DNA of 64,000 nt from Bugula neritina (Eukaryota; Animalia; Bryozoa): NCBI GenBank assembly GCA_964035545.1, contig OZ037767.1:20104628-20168627 (forward strand), in the 5' to 3' direction. The position numbers and the translations under genes were made by a program. Of the stretch, positions 14,401 to 26,569 are shown piece after piece; position 1 is the first letter of the stretch; each line of letters starts with the position of its first letter. The notes under the pieces are model-generated. The model searched no databases. It saw only the letters and a list, made by a program, of their open reading frames with translations, and was not told the origin of the DNA.

Positions 14401-17400
14401 ACAGTATCATATCGTAGTATCATATTATACAGTATCATATCACAGTATCATATCACAGTATCATACCGTAGTATCATATCGTAGTATCATATCGTAGTAT
14501 CATATCGTAGTATCATATCACAGTATCATATCACAGTATCATATCGTAGTATCATATTATACAGTATCATATCACAGTATCATATCATAGTATCATATGA
14601 TAGTATCATATCGTAGTATCATATCGTAGTATCATATCACAGTATCATATCACAGTATCATATCGTAGTATCATATTATACAGTATCATATCACAGTATC
14701 ATATCGCAGTATCATACCGTAGTATCATATCGTAGTATCATATCGTAGTATCATATCACAGTATCATATCACAGTATCATATCGTAGTATCATATCACAG
14801 TATCATATCATAGTATCATATCACAGTATCATATCATAGTATCATATGATAGTATCATATCGTAGTATCATCTCATACCGTAGTATCATATAATAGTATA
14901 CCTGGATGTCTCTATAGGCAAGAAGCATGTTGTATATAATGTCTGTCTGTATCAGTTGTGGATGGTCAATACGATTCCTCATTGATAACAGCTTCTACAA
15001 ATGCAATGTGTGTTCATTATATATTATATAGTATAATATATTGCACTACACACTGCACTGCATGATATACTATACGCTATAATATACACTATAAACTATA
15101 CTACACACTATACCCGGGCTGTCCAACAGGCAGCCCCAGAGCCGGAGGTGGCCCCCCAGCCTACATTTATGTGGCCTCCCAAGGCATAAAGCTAAAATTA
15201 CTGTTCACACATATACATGAATTAAAGCAAAAAACCACCTTTTAAATGCCTTATTTCTACACATAACACAAAACATGCAGCCTCAGTAACTATTGGGACT
15301 TAACTGTATAAAGATTCATAAGAATTTGGAACAAAGTAGTTTGAAAAATGCTAGTGCTGTGGACCCCCCTCCCCTCCCACCTGAAAAAGTTGGACACCCC
15401 CCCCCCCCCCGCCTGAAAAGGTTGGACACCCCTGCACTATACTATACACTGTAATATACTAAACTGTACTATATATACACAGCATCATAATCTCAAATAG
15501 AGGGAGTGAATATAATTACACATTAATCAGCAAGTAATAATGTGATTATACGGAATGACATAATTGGAATGTCTTTATTACCCCCAATGTGCATAACCGA
15601 GTCATTACACATACGTATGTACATAATATATACATTACATACACAGTTCCAGACCAGTATAGTTAACTACCAAACAATTAGCAGCTGTAATTAAAGGTAA
15701 TCCATATTCACATTGGCACATTCTTGCTAGACTCACTAATATAAATTCCAACATTATTCTGTCTGAGAGATAAGAGTTGCCTTCTCAGTTGTAACTTTAC
15801 AAAAGTTTTAATGATGCAGTTAGTTTCTTGGCAGCAGATTTGAGAAATATATTTTGCTGAGCTTTGAATAAAAAAAATCAACTGCTAGTATTATATAATA
15901 TTATTTCAGTATTACATACTTATTACAACAGTATATAAAGTAATATAGTATAATAATGTCATAAGTAATATAGTAAAATAATACCATAAAGTAATATAGT
16001 AAAACAATACCATAAAGTAATATAGTAGAAGAATATTATAAAGTAATATAGTATAATAATACAAACTTAAGTGTAGCCAGTCAAATTTGCTGGTTTGCCA
16101 CACAAAAGCCAACTAGTAGTAGAAGTCCATTCAACCCTATAAAGTTTCACCAGAAGGTGACAGCTAAAATTAATAGCTATGTATGTTGGTGGCATGTTAG
16201 TACAGGTGATGGATGTAGTGACAGGACCTACAGGTTCCCTGCATATTCAACAGCTGGCTGCAACACTGCCTAAACTTGTCATCTTAATTCCTACTGATAT
16301 AATCCTTTAGAGCAGCAATACTACACCTACACAGTACCCAAGCACAGTAGTTGGTGTAGGTCTCTGACAGCTCAGTGATGACCAATAATAAATGTATAGA
16401 ATGTCTACTGTCAGCTGTTTGCTGCCTGTTATTTGTAAAATAAGGCTACATTATGACCTGTTTACTACTGAAAGGGTGATTCATCTAATATAATAACACG
16501 TAGGAAGTAGGCTTGCTGTCCAGGTATTTTCACATATATACAAACAGCCTTCACCTGGGATTACAGGTAAATAAGGCATGGTTAGGTGAAGGTGTGAGTG
16601 GGAGGTTCTATAAATAGAATTCTAGCTTATCTCTAGAGGTGAGAGTGTAAAGACTGGCTACGGCCATGGACACATAATTTTCTGCCTCGGCTAGTCTCTG
16701 TTTGTATGAAATACTTGCCGTTCAGTTTAAGACAGAACAGTGCTACAACTCAGTGTGAATATCCAGGTAACAGTATCATTGAGAGTGAGCTGCCATATCA
16801 AGCAGTAGTGAACCAAGTTCGTGTGTTATATGTTATTATCTCTAAGAAATGAACATCTAAAGAAGTGTTGTATGTTTTATCATTCAGAATCTGTTTGATA
16901 CTACAGCTGCCTTGGTTCCCTAGAACACAAACTCAGTTTCACATCTAAGATTATTCCTGCAGATTGCAGTTGCTGAAGTAAAAAAAAGCTTTATGACTTG
17001 ACATAGAACTTGAGACATGACTTGAGACAACATAATACGCTTCTTTAAAGTTGCCTCTCAGTAACTCAATATTATTAGAATACTGGAAGCAGTGCTTAGT
17101 CTCCTCACCTTTCTAAGTTCCGGCATATCGTCACGAAGCTCGTCTCTCGCCTTCCTCAAGTCTGCCAGGAACTTGTCTTTTCTGTTAGTCCTACAAGAGG
17201 GTGAATACACAACTCAAAATGCATTTTCTCAACAGAAAGTTCTACACAAACTCCTGAAGAGAACTTGGACAAATCAGAAGAATGACAAACATGCATATAA
17301 TATTTATTAGCTCCATCATTTTACAATGTAAACGAAAAATAGCAATAAATCACCAAATTGATAGAAGACTTGAGTGTGACTAGTGGGACCAGGTAACAGA

Positions 17401-18195
17401 GAAATTGAAGTAGCAATGTGCAGAGAACATGGTTGAGAAAAGTAGAAGTGGAAGCTCCTAGCAGACACTACATATCACACTGGAGTCAGTGATGGCAGGT
17501 GGTTTAGTACTGGAGGAAAGTTCACTGCCATACAATTATGACTCACAACATCAATGGTGACTCATTGTTGGGGACAGCAGGATGCTGTTTGCTGCACCAG
17601 CATAGAAAAAGCTGTGACTGAGTGTATTCATTACCAGTGAGTGAGTGAGTATATTCACTACTAGTGACTGAGTGAGTGACTGAGTGAGTGACTGAGTGAG
17701 TGACTGAGTGAGTGACTGAGTGAGTGTGTTCACTACCAGTGAGTGAGTAACTGAGTGAGTGAGTGACTGAGTGAGTGTATACACTAGCAGTCAATGATAC
17801 AGAATAAAATTGCAACCCTTACCTATATGTCTGTCTCACATTTCAAAGTTTTAAATTAAATTAATCTGAGATAACAAACAGCGAAATCAGAGTTGCAAGT
17901 ATTCCACCATGCAGGTAAATGGGGTCAATATGAGATGGACTCTAGCCTGTATGCCTCGTATAATGTACTTGTTATGGTATAACTAATGACAATATAATAA
18001 TAATGGTGTATCTGATAGGATATCTCAGTGTGGTGTGTGCAGTTAGTGGTCTGGGCATTGTAGCTTGCTAGTAGACTAGTAGCAACACTGCTACTGCTAC
18101 TGCTGCTACTACTACTGCTACTGCTACTACTACTGCTGCTACTAGTACTAATACTACTACTATTACTACTACTGCTACTAATACTACTGCTGCTG

Positions 18196-18255
<60 letters not shown>

Positions 18256-21200
18256 GTACTGCTGCTGCTATTACTAGTATTGCTGCTGCTACTGCTACTA
18301 CTGCCACTACTGCTGCTGCTGCCAAATACTGATGGACACTAGATATTACTGCCTCCAGCATAAGTAAATCCTGTGAGAATGGAAATTTGCATGTTTAATA
18401 AACAGAACTCCTCTAGAAAACCAAGATATTAGAGTAATGCTGTCCCAAATGCCATGGACCACCAGGTCAGGCTGATTGGCTGTACCATGCAAAGTTACTT
18501 TGCCTACACTTACAGCTGCTACCCCACGCAGATTCCTACGCGCTTGTATGACCTCACAACTACATGGTAATCATGAGACAGCATTGGCAACAGCAGAAGA
18601 CAGGAAATGCATGGTGCGTAAATAACCTAAATAGAGATGGTGGTGGAGGCACTCAGTGCAACTGCTGCAGCTGTATTTAGCCAATAAGAATGCGAGCTGA
18701 GTAAAACCTGCTTTTTCTTAGAAGTTGAAACATTCCTGATTATGAGAGGCAAGAAATATGTAGTTACTATTAAATGAAAGAACATACCAGAGTTAAATCC
18801 ACTGAGTTAACCGGAAGTGCTCAGACAACAGTAAGTGACTACTGAGTCATCACTGACTACTAACTACTGAGTACTGAGTACTGACTATTGACTAACTACT
18901 GACTACTAACTGTATAATGATTACTGTATACTGAGTGAATACTGAGTGAATACTGACTGCGTGAATACTGACTACTGACTGAGTACTGAATAACTATTGA
19001 CTGACTACTGAGTACTGACTACTAAGTACTTACCCAGTATTCACATCCACCTCCTGCAATGCCTTCTTCAGACGGTTCACCAGAGTCATCTGATTGGTTA
19101 TCTTCGTGTTGACATTCTCGGGATCAGCGAGCAGTCCGTTGGCGTCGGTGATGTACACCATGCCGTGACTGTCCATGTTGTAGGGCAGGAAAATGTTATC
19201 ACTGCAGGACAGCTGAAATAGAGCACTTACTCTCTGTACAATGAGGTAGGGGGGCAGTAATGGGAGACTACGCAGAACAGATGTGGGGCTAAAGAACTGC
19301 AGCAATCTGCAGAACATGTGAACAGGAAGTGGGTGTAAAGAGTAATCAAGTTTCCACAACAATATCGAATTGTTTTTCTGCCATAGATATTGAAATGTAG
19401 TAGTTACCAGGGCTGCGTAGTGCTATAATGTAGGCATTGCAAACTACAAAACTTCAACTATTTTATATAACAAATGAGAATTTCATCAACTGCTGGAATG
19501 TGCTGGAAGCTAGTCTTCCAAATGTGACTCTTTCTACAGCCCAAAGTAAAACTCATGAAAGTGGTGTTGAGCTTCCCACTGAGTTATGTAACAATACCAT
19601 CGAGAGTTAAGATGAGAAATTAAGGAGCAATAATGCTGCCACAGCGTCTCACCTTCATGGAGATAGTCTCTTCAGGGTTCTCATCTCGAAACAGCATAAT
19701 GTTATCCTTCATGCCAAGACTGTGTCTAACCCCAACCTGGTAGCTGAGGGCAGCCTGACCTTTGGAGGTCACATCCACGATGGCCACGTCAGCATTCGAG
19801 AACGTCTCCAGCACAGAGGTTTCGCCGAAATCCAGTTTGTCAAATGGAACAGTTAAAAACTTTCCTTTTTTCCTAAAAGCACAGTATAGTGACTGTTTTA
19901 TAGTAACGGTAATGATTCAGCAAACACCTTCTATGATAGATAAAACGATAGCAGGCTGCCCGCAGTGAAGAGTATCACATCTGACTAAGTGAATAACTAC
20001 AGCTAATCTTACTCTTAATCCTATTAACTGGGAAATCATATAAAAACACCAAAACATGGGTATCTACTACAGGCATGCTCTAGAAAGCCATTTGCTAGAA
20101 GGAATGCTCTGTATAACCATCTAGATAAGAAACCGGCAATATCAAGATTTGCATTTGGCATTAAACCAAAAGAGAACATTTCAAGTCATTTTTAGTTACA
20201 GTGTGAGTTACAGATCAGCTAGTAGTTGTGAAATCTGTGAGTTAGACAACTAGTAGTAGGAGGAGGGGGGCACAGGCCAACATACAATTTGAGAGTGGAG
20301 AGACAAAACCTTAGGCTATATTGATATAATATGTACTTGACATAGGATGGAGACACAATACATGTAGCACACTCTATCATAGCAAGCATATAACTCTAGT
20401 ATTCTATCTAGTATAATAACTGAACAGCATTATCTTTACACCTAGAAGTTGGCCAAGCAGTTCAATGACTCTTGGGACAAAGCTATGACTTGCACATGGC
20501 AAAGGAAACAGCGCTGCCTACTTCTAAAGGAACTGTTGATGTTTGTCTACAATCCTCGAGGATAGGAGGGCAGTAAGAGGATAGGAGGATAGTAAGAGGG
20601 TAGTGAGAGGATAGGAGGGTAGTAAGAGAATAGGAGGGTAGTAAGAGAATAGGAGGGTAGTAAGAGAATAAGAGGGTAGTGAGAGGATAGGAGGGTAGTA
20701 AGAGGATAGGAAGGTAGTAAGAGAATAAGAGGGTAGTGAGAGGATAGGAGGGTAGTAAGAGAATAGGAGGGTAGTAAGAGAATAAGAGGATAGGAGGGTA
20801 GTGAGAGGATAGGAGGGTAGTAAGAGAATAGGAGGGTAGTAAGAGAATAGGAGGGTAGTAAGAGAATAGGAGGGTAGTGAGAGGATAGGAGGGTAGTAAG
20901 AGGATAGGAAGGTAGTAAGAGAATAAGAGGGTAGTGAGAGGATAGGAGGGTAGTAAGAGAATAGGAGGGTAGTAAGAGAATAAGAGGGTAGGAGAATAGG
21001 AGGGTAGTAAGAGGGTAGCAAGAGGATAGGAGGGTAGGTAGCAAGAGGATAGGAGGGTAGTAAGAGGATAGGAAGGTAGTAAGAGAATAAGAGGGTAGTA
21101 AGAGGGTAGTAAGAGGATAGGAGGGTAGTGAGAGGGTAGTAAGAGGATAGGAGGGTAGTGAGAGGGTAGTGAGAGGATAGGAGGGTAGTGAGAGGATAGG

Positions 21201-23147
21201 AGGGTGGTAAGAGGACAGGAGGGTAGTAAGAGAATAAGAGGGTAGTGAGAGAGCTTATTGTAAGGTGATTTGATCTGTTCTGCTAACAGCTTGGACTGAA
21301 ATTTGATCAACTTCAGTAGCCAAGAAATCACTGAAAATAATTTCATTAGTTTTCCAGGTTATAATAAAATCAATTTGATGATAAACTGTTATCTTAAGAG
21401 TGTGAAACTATGGTTGCCTAAAGATAGGCATTCATAACATTGGGTTATAGGATCAAAACCCGATGATTCACATCTCAACTCAACTTGAGTGAGGTTGATG
21501 CATCATGGGAACAGAAGAAATGTCATGAGTGGGCGGTCTGCACAGTTCCTCAGCTAAGAACCAACTCTAGGGAAAGCTGCTAAGATTAATCTGGACTGAG
21601 CAACTCTTTCATCAAAAAGGTACAAAAAATAGGCCGTCATAGAAAACTAACCTGAAAATATGTTACTACTAAGAAATAGAACATAACTGGTGCTATCAGT
21701 ATTTGTGCTGAATAATTCAAATCATCATATCCACTGTCAGCAGAGTGAGATGGTGTGTTAATATCGTGTAATACTCAATGGTAAACATTTACAAGATAGC
21801 AATCAGTTGTTGAAGTGAAAGAAAATCTATAGCTGTGCTGCAGTTAATTTAATATAAAAACTTATTTTCACACAATGAATGTAGCCTTGAGACATGATGG
21901 ACTGATAACCTAAGTTTACAGAACCAAACTTATTATATCATATGAGGAGGTAACTCTGTGATATAAACATGATGTAGTCCTGGAAAACTGTTAGAACTGA
22001 TGAGAATTCTATGACAGAACTGGCTGCACTCGAACCTAGATCTATACTTGAGAAACAGGCGAGTACAATAAGTGGCTAGTGGTATAGATGCTAGTACTAG
22101 ATGTTGACCCCACATAAAAATCACAGTTCCACCTTGTAGATATGCAGAACAAATTTATCAAATGACAAAGTTAAAGTTGGAGTCAAACTAGATTGAATAG
22201 ATCTCCGTTTATCAACTAAAATAATATAATTTACCTAATTTTTGAGAGGAGTTATGGATATAATAGAGATGAGTTATATTTAGCAAAGGCAATCAATATG
22301 TTCAGCAAAGAGTAGTTATAGTAAAGAGCAAGTGTCTGCAGGTGTCCGGGTTTATTAGGTTAATTTAGTAGCGGTTGTTGATGTCAAATGTCACTATACT
22401 ATGACACTAGAATACAAAGTGCACGCACCATTCTATTGTTTACATGCGAATATTTTCAGTGCATTGCGACATATATAGTTGTTGTTATTCTGCATTAAAG
22501 ATAAATAAATGAGTTGACATGAAAGAGTCAATAATAACAATGTAGCTAAAAATAAGGCACAGGTCTTCCACAGTCTTAATTTCAATTACCAATATGATAA
22601 ATCCTCTCTTCCCTGGAATCTCTGAAAATCATCAACTGCTGGTTGAGAAAGTAAATACTCTTAAGTCTTATTGGCAAATTCCAAGAACACCTCAAACCCT
22701 AAACTCAATTTCCTAAATTTCAAAACTTGAACTTTATTTTGCCTGTTGCAGGCTGAGGGTGATAAAATAATTCAGTAAACAACCGTTACTAATCGTATAG
22801 CTAGATAGAGATAGCCAGTTACTCTTAGGTATAGTCGAATAGATTAACATATGGCCAGGTACTGGTAGGTATGAGATGCACCATTTTGATTTACTAAAGA
22901 GGTTTTCATAAAATCTACTTCTTAAAACTATACAAATGATGAAATAAACCACTCACTCTTCCACTGCTGTTTCAAGGTCTTTGCGTATTTGCACATTCAT
23001 CTTCTCCTGCTCTCTTTGCTGCTGCATGCTGACATTAGGGCCATGGAAAGGCGCTCCGTCAACAAACACAACCGTAAGTTGGTAGGCATCCTTGTTTCCA
23101 AGTAATCCCTTCACACCACCTCCAGACTCTTTCTTTTGATTAGACAT
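2470..23147 (-). CDS. MAP3K5: ASK1-family MAP kinase kinase kinase (MAP3K5/MAP3K15-like), 18 coding exons in window, 3' part apparently beyond left edge
   Basis: Exons (+ coordinates, gene order): 22957-23147, 19653-19872, 19034-19212, 17109-17190, 14902-14994, 14102-14214, 12284-12460, 11774-11886, 10979-11158, 10586-10731, 10143-10214, 9757-9941, 9296-9395, 7462-7595, 6508-6625, 5135-5248, 2783-2921, 2470-2597. All introns GT-AG, phases chain to 828 open codons. ASK-specific motifs: [85 protein letters not shown]. Kinase motifs: [47 protein letters not shown]. The MAP3K5 vs MAP3K15 label cannot be resolved. Confidence 0.95.
2922..3112. repeat. 21-bp minisatellite (ACATGATATGTAATATAGTCA x~9) abutting the ASK1 exon 17 acceptor
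   Basis: Direct reading. Confidence 0.95.
9541..9730. repeat. 14-bp minisatellite (ACAGACTACCACAC x~13), ASK1 intron 12
   Basis: Direct reading. Confidence 0.95.
10750..10988. repeat. 29-bp minisatellite x8 filling ASK1 intron 9; sense unit GTATTGTCTTCTCTTACACTCTACTCTAG
   Basis: Direct reading. Confidence 0.95.
11620..11764. repeat. 20-bp palindromic minisatellite (ATTACTACAGCTCTGTAGTK x~6), ASK1 intron 8
   Basis: Direct reading. Confidence 0.9.
12700..13060 (+). repeat. Dispersed repeat (SINE-like) copy 1, ASK1 intron 6
   Basis: About 360 bp matching the reverse complement of 21683-22046 with scattered mismatches. B-box-like GGTT(T/C)GAGTGC near the head; the SINE call is inference. Confidence 0.85.
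13955..14095. repeat. ~30-bp minisatellite (AAGTGGTGGATGCAGATGGGGGTTA core, x~5), ASK1 intron 6 donor side
   Basis: Direct reading. Confidence 0.85.
14262..14899. repeat. 13-bp minisatellite (AGTATCATATC-AC/GT/AT) filling ASK1 intron 5
   Basis: Direct reading. Confidence 0.95.
15114..15434. mobile_element. Short hAT MITE, same family as 60915-62533, opposite orientation
   Basis: CCGGGCTGTCCAACAGG ... AAAAGGTTGGACACCCCTG, 8-bp TSD CACTATAC. First ~70 bp match the reverse complement of 62460-62533. The right end is internally duplicated. Confidence 0.85.
17615..17785. repeat. (GAGT)n / GAGTGAGTGACT repeat, ASK1 intron 3
   Basis: Direct reading. Confidence 0.9.
18068..18322. repeat. (ACT/GCT)n microsatellite, ASK1 intron 3
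   Basis: Direct reading. Confidence 0.95.
18835..19033. repeat. Degenerate ACTGACT/ACTGAGT repeat at the ASK1 intron 3 donor
   Basis: Direct reading. Confidence 0.85.
20558..21250. repeat. 19-bp purine-rich minisatellite (GAGGGTAGTAAGAGAATAG and variants), ASK1 intron 1
   Basis: Direct reading; source of the spurious L/P/S/Y ORFs. Confidence 0.95.
21683..22046 (-). repeat. Dispersed repeat (SINE-like) copy 2, ASK1 intron 1, inverted
   Basis: Reverse-complement match to 12700-13060. Confidence 0.85.
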
Positions 23148-23239
23148 GTCCAGATGTTAGTGGTTCATACTAATGGATAATCCAGCTCTAACTTTCTACA
23201 ATACAAAGTGCAACTGCCTGTCACTAACTACTAAATAAT

Positions 23240-23420
23240 GTGATTACCTCGAAGTCAAATCGCTGGCGTGCCCGGGACGGTGCATTTGACTATGACACCA
23301 TTACAGCGAGCCAATGATAGCGTAGAATTCCTGCAGAATGAGAGATGCGGTTTGTAAGTGCGCGTTGCGATTGGCTAAATTTTCACGCATGACCGAGCAG
23401 AAAAACGAGGCACATGAATG
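23240..23420 (-). promoter_or_regulatory. Candidate ASK1 promoter
   Basis: Local CpG/GC enrichment 100-270 bp upstream of the ATG, with CCAAT boxes on both strands (~23311 and ~23370). Confidence 0.45.
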
Positions 23421-26044
23421 CATTAGGGAAAACTCATCGCTTTATTTGGTTTAACAAATAGATCAGGTATGACTAGATATATTATTTTGGTAGGTGTTGA
23501 TAATTGAAGTTTTAAAGAGGGAGGCACGAATATCATATAACATAACATGTTGTTAATTTCGCATAGAGCTATATATTTATCAACTGCTATGCAGGACAAA
23601 GACAAATAATGTAATCACTGTTGATGAGCGATATTGTGCTTGGGATAGTAGCAAATCTATATTTCTGGTTAAAGTTTGTTGTTATCAGTACTAAGGTTGT
23701 GCTGTTGATAATAAAAATTGAAATCATGCAGCTAGAGAGTTGCTGCCAAGTAGTTTATCAGGTAATGGGGTAGACAACTTCTGCAAAAGCTGCTTTCATC
23801 TTGCAAAACTTATCACATTTTCAAACCATTTTTAAACTACAGGTAGCTTTGGAAGCTTGCCATTACCAAGAATTTTTATATCATTGAGTTGGAGATTTTT
23901 TAAGCATGAATACATCATAGCATCAGAAAAATGAATTTTACGACAAAAGATGCCAAATGACAGCTGGAAGAAGAAAATCTGAAATTTTTCTTCTGTTAAA
24001 AACAAGAAACTTACTAAAAATACCTACTGCGTAAATGTTGAGTATTTTTTTGCTTTCTCTTCAATCATATTTTATAAAAGATTAATTCAAATAAACAATT
24101 GTTAGTAAATCTTTAAATTTTGCTACATTTTACAGTTATTGGAGTTTACATTTAATATATTTAAAATGTATAGTATTTTATTCTACATTTTATACCAGTA
24201 AGTGATTGTGATGCTGAAATCATTGCGAAAAGATAATACGTGTCTTATATTACATAATGGAATTCTTGCTGAAACATCCAGTACGTTTAGTTGCCTTGTG
24301 TAAAAGAGTAGACCAGCAATCATATCGCCTTAAATGTATACCTATTTAACCAATTTTGCTTTAGGTAGAGCTTTTTATCAATATGCAATGCATGCACTAA
24401 ATCTAAATCGCTAAGTTTCAACCATTCTTAGATTACAAAAAAGAAATGGAAGCAGATGACCTCCAAGATTTTCTTCAACTAACCTACGTGCATACAATTA
24501 GTAGATTTGTTAGTTTCAACAACAATACGCCTAATTGATGATGACACTCCATCTAACATAATTTATTCAAGTTGAGTAGTATGCTGGACAGCAGCGAATT
24601 TAGATTGAGTAGATAATTCTTAAAAATAAAATTATTATCATTAATAGACAGGCCATGCTATACATTCACTAAAGAAAAGCAAAATTTTACCTAATTGCTA
24701 ATAAACTGAAAACTGTGATACATTGTTACTGAATGAGAACAATTCAGAATATGTAATTTTCAAATTTTGGTTCAAATACTAGTATAACATATACAAACGT
24801 TTAAAAAAGTGAAAAGTATAATCTAAATTCTAAAACAATGCTGCTTTTAATTCAATACCAACCAAATGGTAATGCTAGTCATTAATATTGTACATATTAT
24901 TGAAAATGAACTGGGTTATGTATGCCAACAGTATATCATTACTCATCATTAGCTTTGTATCTAGTAGAAAATGTCACTACAGCCAATAAGGGATAAGATT
25001 TCAAATCAGATTGTTACTAGCAATTTTAAGCCTTAAAAATTATATTAAAGGTTTTTCCAAATAGCACAGTCAATGGTTTTGATCCTATAATTTTAAATCT
25101 CAAGCCCACAATAACTATACTACCCTGGTGCCCATATCACTAGCTATAATGCAGGAATTAATATCATCATAGCCTAAACAATGCTTCTGAAATCTCAAAG
25201 TTGGTGAATGCAAAAAAGGTTTAAGTAAATAACCAATTGCCAAAACTAAGTTTAACCCATAAACCAACATCAACTGGCGAAGTAAGCTTAGTAAACAGTA
25301 CTGCACTGCAGCACACGCCAAAATATTGTAAACAACCGTGAAAAAATAACTATAAGTAGTCACGGATGAACTTGAACCTAATACTAATAGAGATGTTATG
25401 CTATAGCAATAATTATAAAATGCTACAATATTACTATTCTGAAAAAATAGTCTATGACTATCACTATACCTATGGCTATAGCATTACTATAACTATTAGT
25501 ATTAGTAATACTAATAGTAATGCTGTAATAGTATTACTATTAGTAATGCTAATACTTATACTATCAGTTATCAGTATCATTATCACCATCAGTCTATCAA
25601 TGGTTAGTGATTACTACTTATCTTTAATAACTTTATTATTAATAATTGCATTTCAAATTCAATTTTATTTTTAATAATAAAATTAATTTGATATAATTAA
25701 TAAATCACATTTTCATTTTGATTTTATTTTTTATTTTGCACACTAACACTAAGTCTAACAGTAACACTAACAGTAACAGTAACACTTGTCATTATGATTA
25801 TATGTTATATTAAATATTAATATTTATCAATATACTTATAGTATAACTGAGTTATAGTTATAGCGTTATAGGTAAATTGGTAATAACAATAATAAACACC
25901 TATAGTTATATTAAAATTATGAGGGTGTAACTTGTAAATAAAGTTGTAGTGTATATTGGAGTAAAACATTGTCATTGTGATAGTATATCAATTATAATAT
26001 TTAAAACTCACTCGGGGTCTTCACTGTTATTGTGTTAGGGTCTA

Positions 26045-26125
26045 GGTACTAGCGAAAATGGCTTGACGCAGCCCTGAGACGGTGTTCACTGGGTACATTG
26101 GTTTGAGATCTCGAGTTTAGAGCTG
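26045..26125 (+). promoter_or_regulatory. Candidate PWP1 transcription start / non-coding first exon
   Basis: CpG-containing patch with AAAATGGC and TGACGCA motifs, donor G|GTGAGT at 26126, acceptor TATTTCAG ending at 26528, 42 nt before the ATG. Confidence 0.4.
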
Positions 26126-26569
26126 GTGAGTTGGAGTTCAAACAGCTCAGTAACTTTTTAACTCAGCGTTGCTTCTAGCAATATTTGTGCTCAGCTACAA
26201 ATAGGCCCAGTTCCACAATAAGTTGAAATTGGTGTTCCATTTCTATTTGCTATAAATGGACACATTAACGCTTACTACAGCGCCTACAGTGCAATAAACA
26301 GGGCTACAGCACATGTTTCCTGTTTGAGCTATCCACACTTCTAGTTACTGTCTCTGTTGCCTTAGTTTTACTTTCAGTTTTAGTTTAATCTGAAACTAAA
26401 TGAGTAAATCTATTTACATTTTACAAATTTATTAAATGAATCTTTTCATTTATTGATATATTTGTTTGATTTTTAACTAAAAGCAAAGCTTCTTGTAGGT
26501 GAACTTTAGTTTTGAAAATTTATTTCAGCTATTGCTAGCCAGTAGCTGAAAGTGAAAGTGAAAGTCAAA

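Noticed and set aside
20483-21346. L/P/S/Y-rich ORFs in three frames
   Set aside because: Stop-free strand of a 19-bp minisatellite.
25366-25674. 102-aa hydrophobic ORF between ASK1 and PWP1
   Set aside because: TAT/TAG low-complexity DNA with no splice or homology support.
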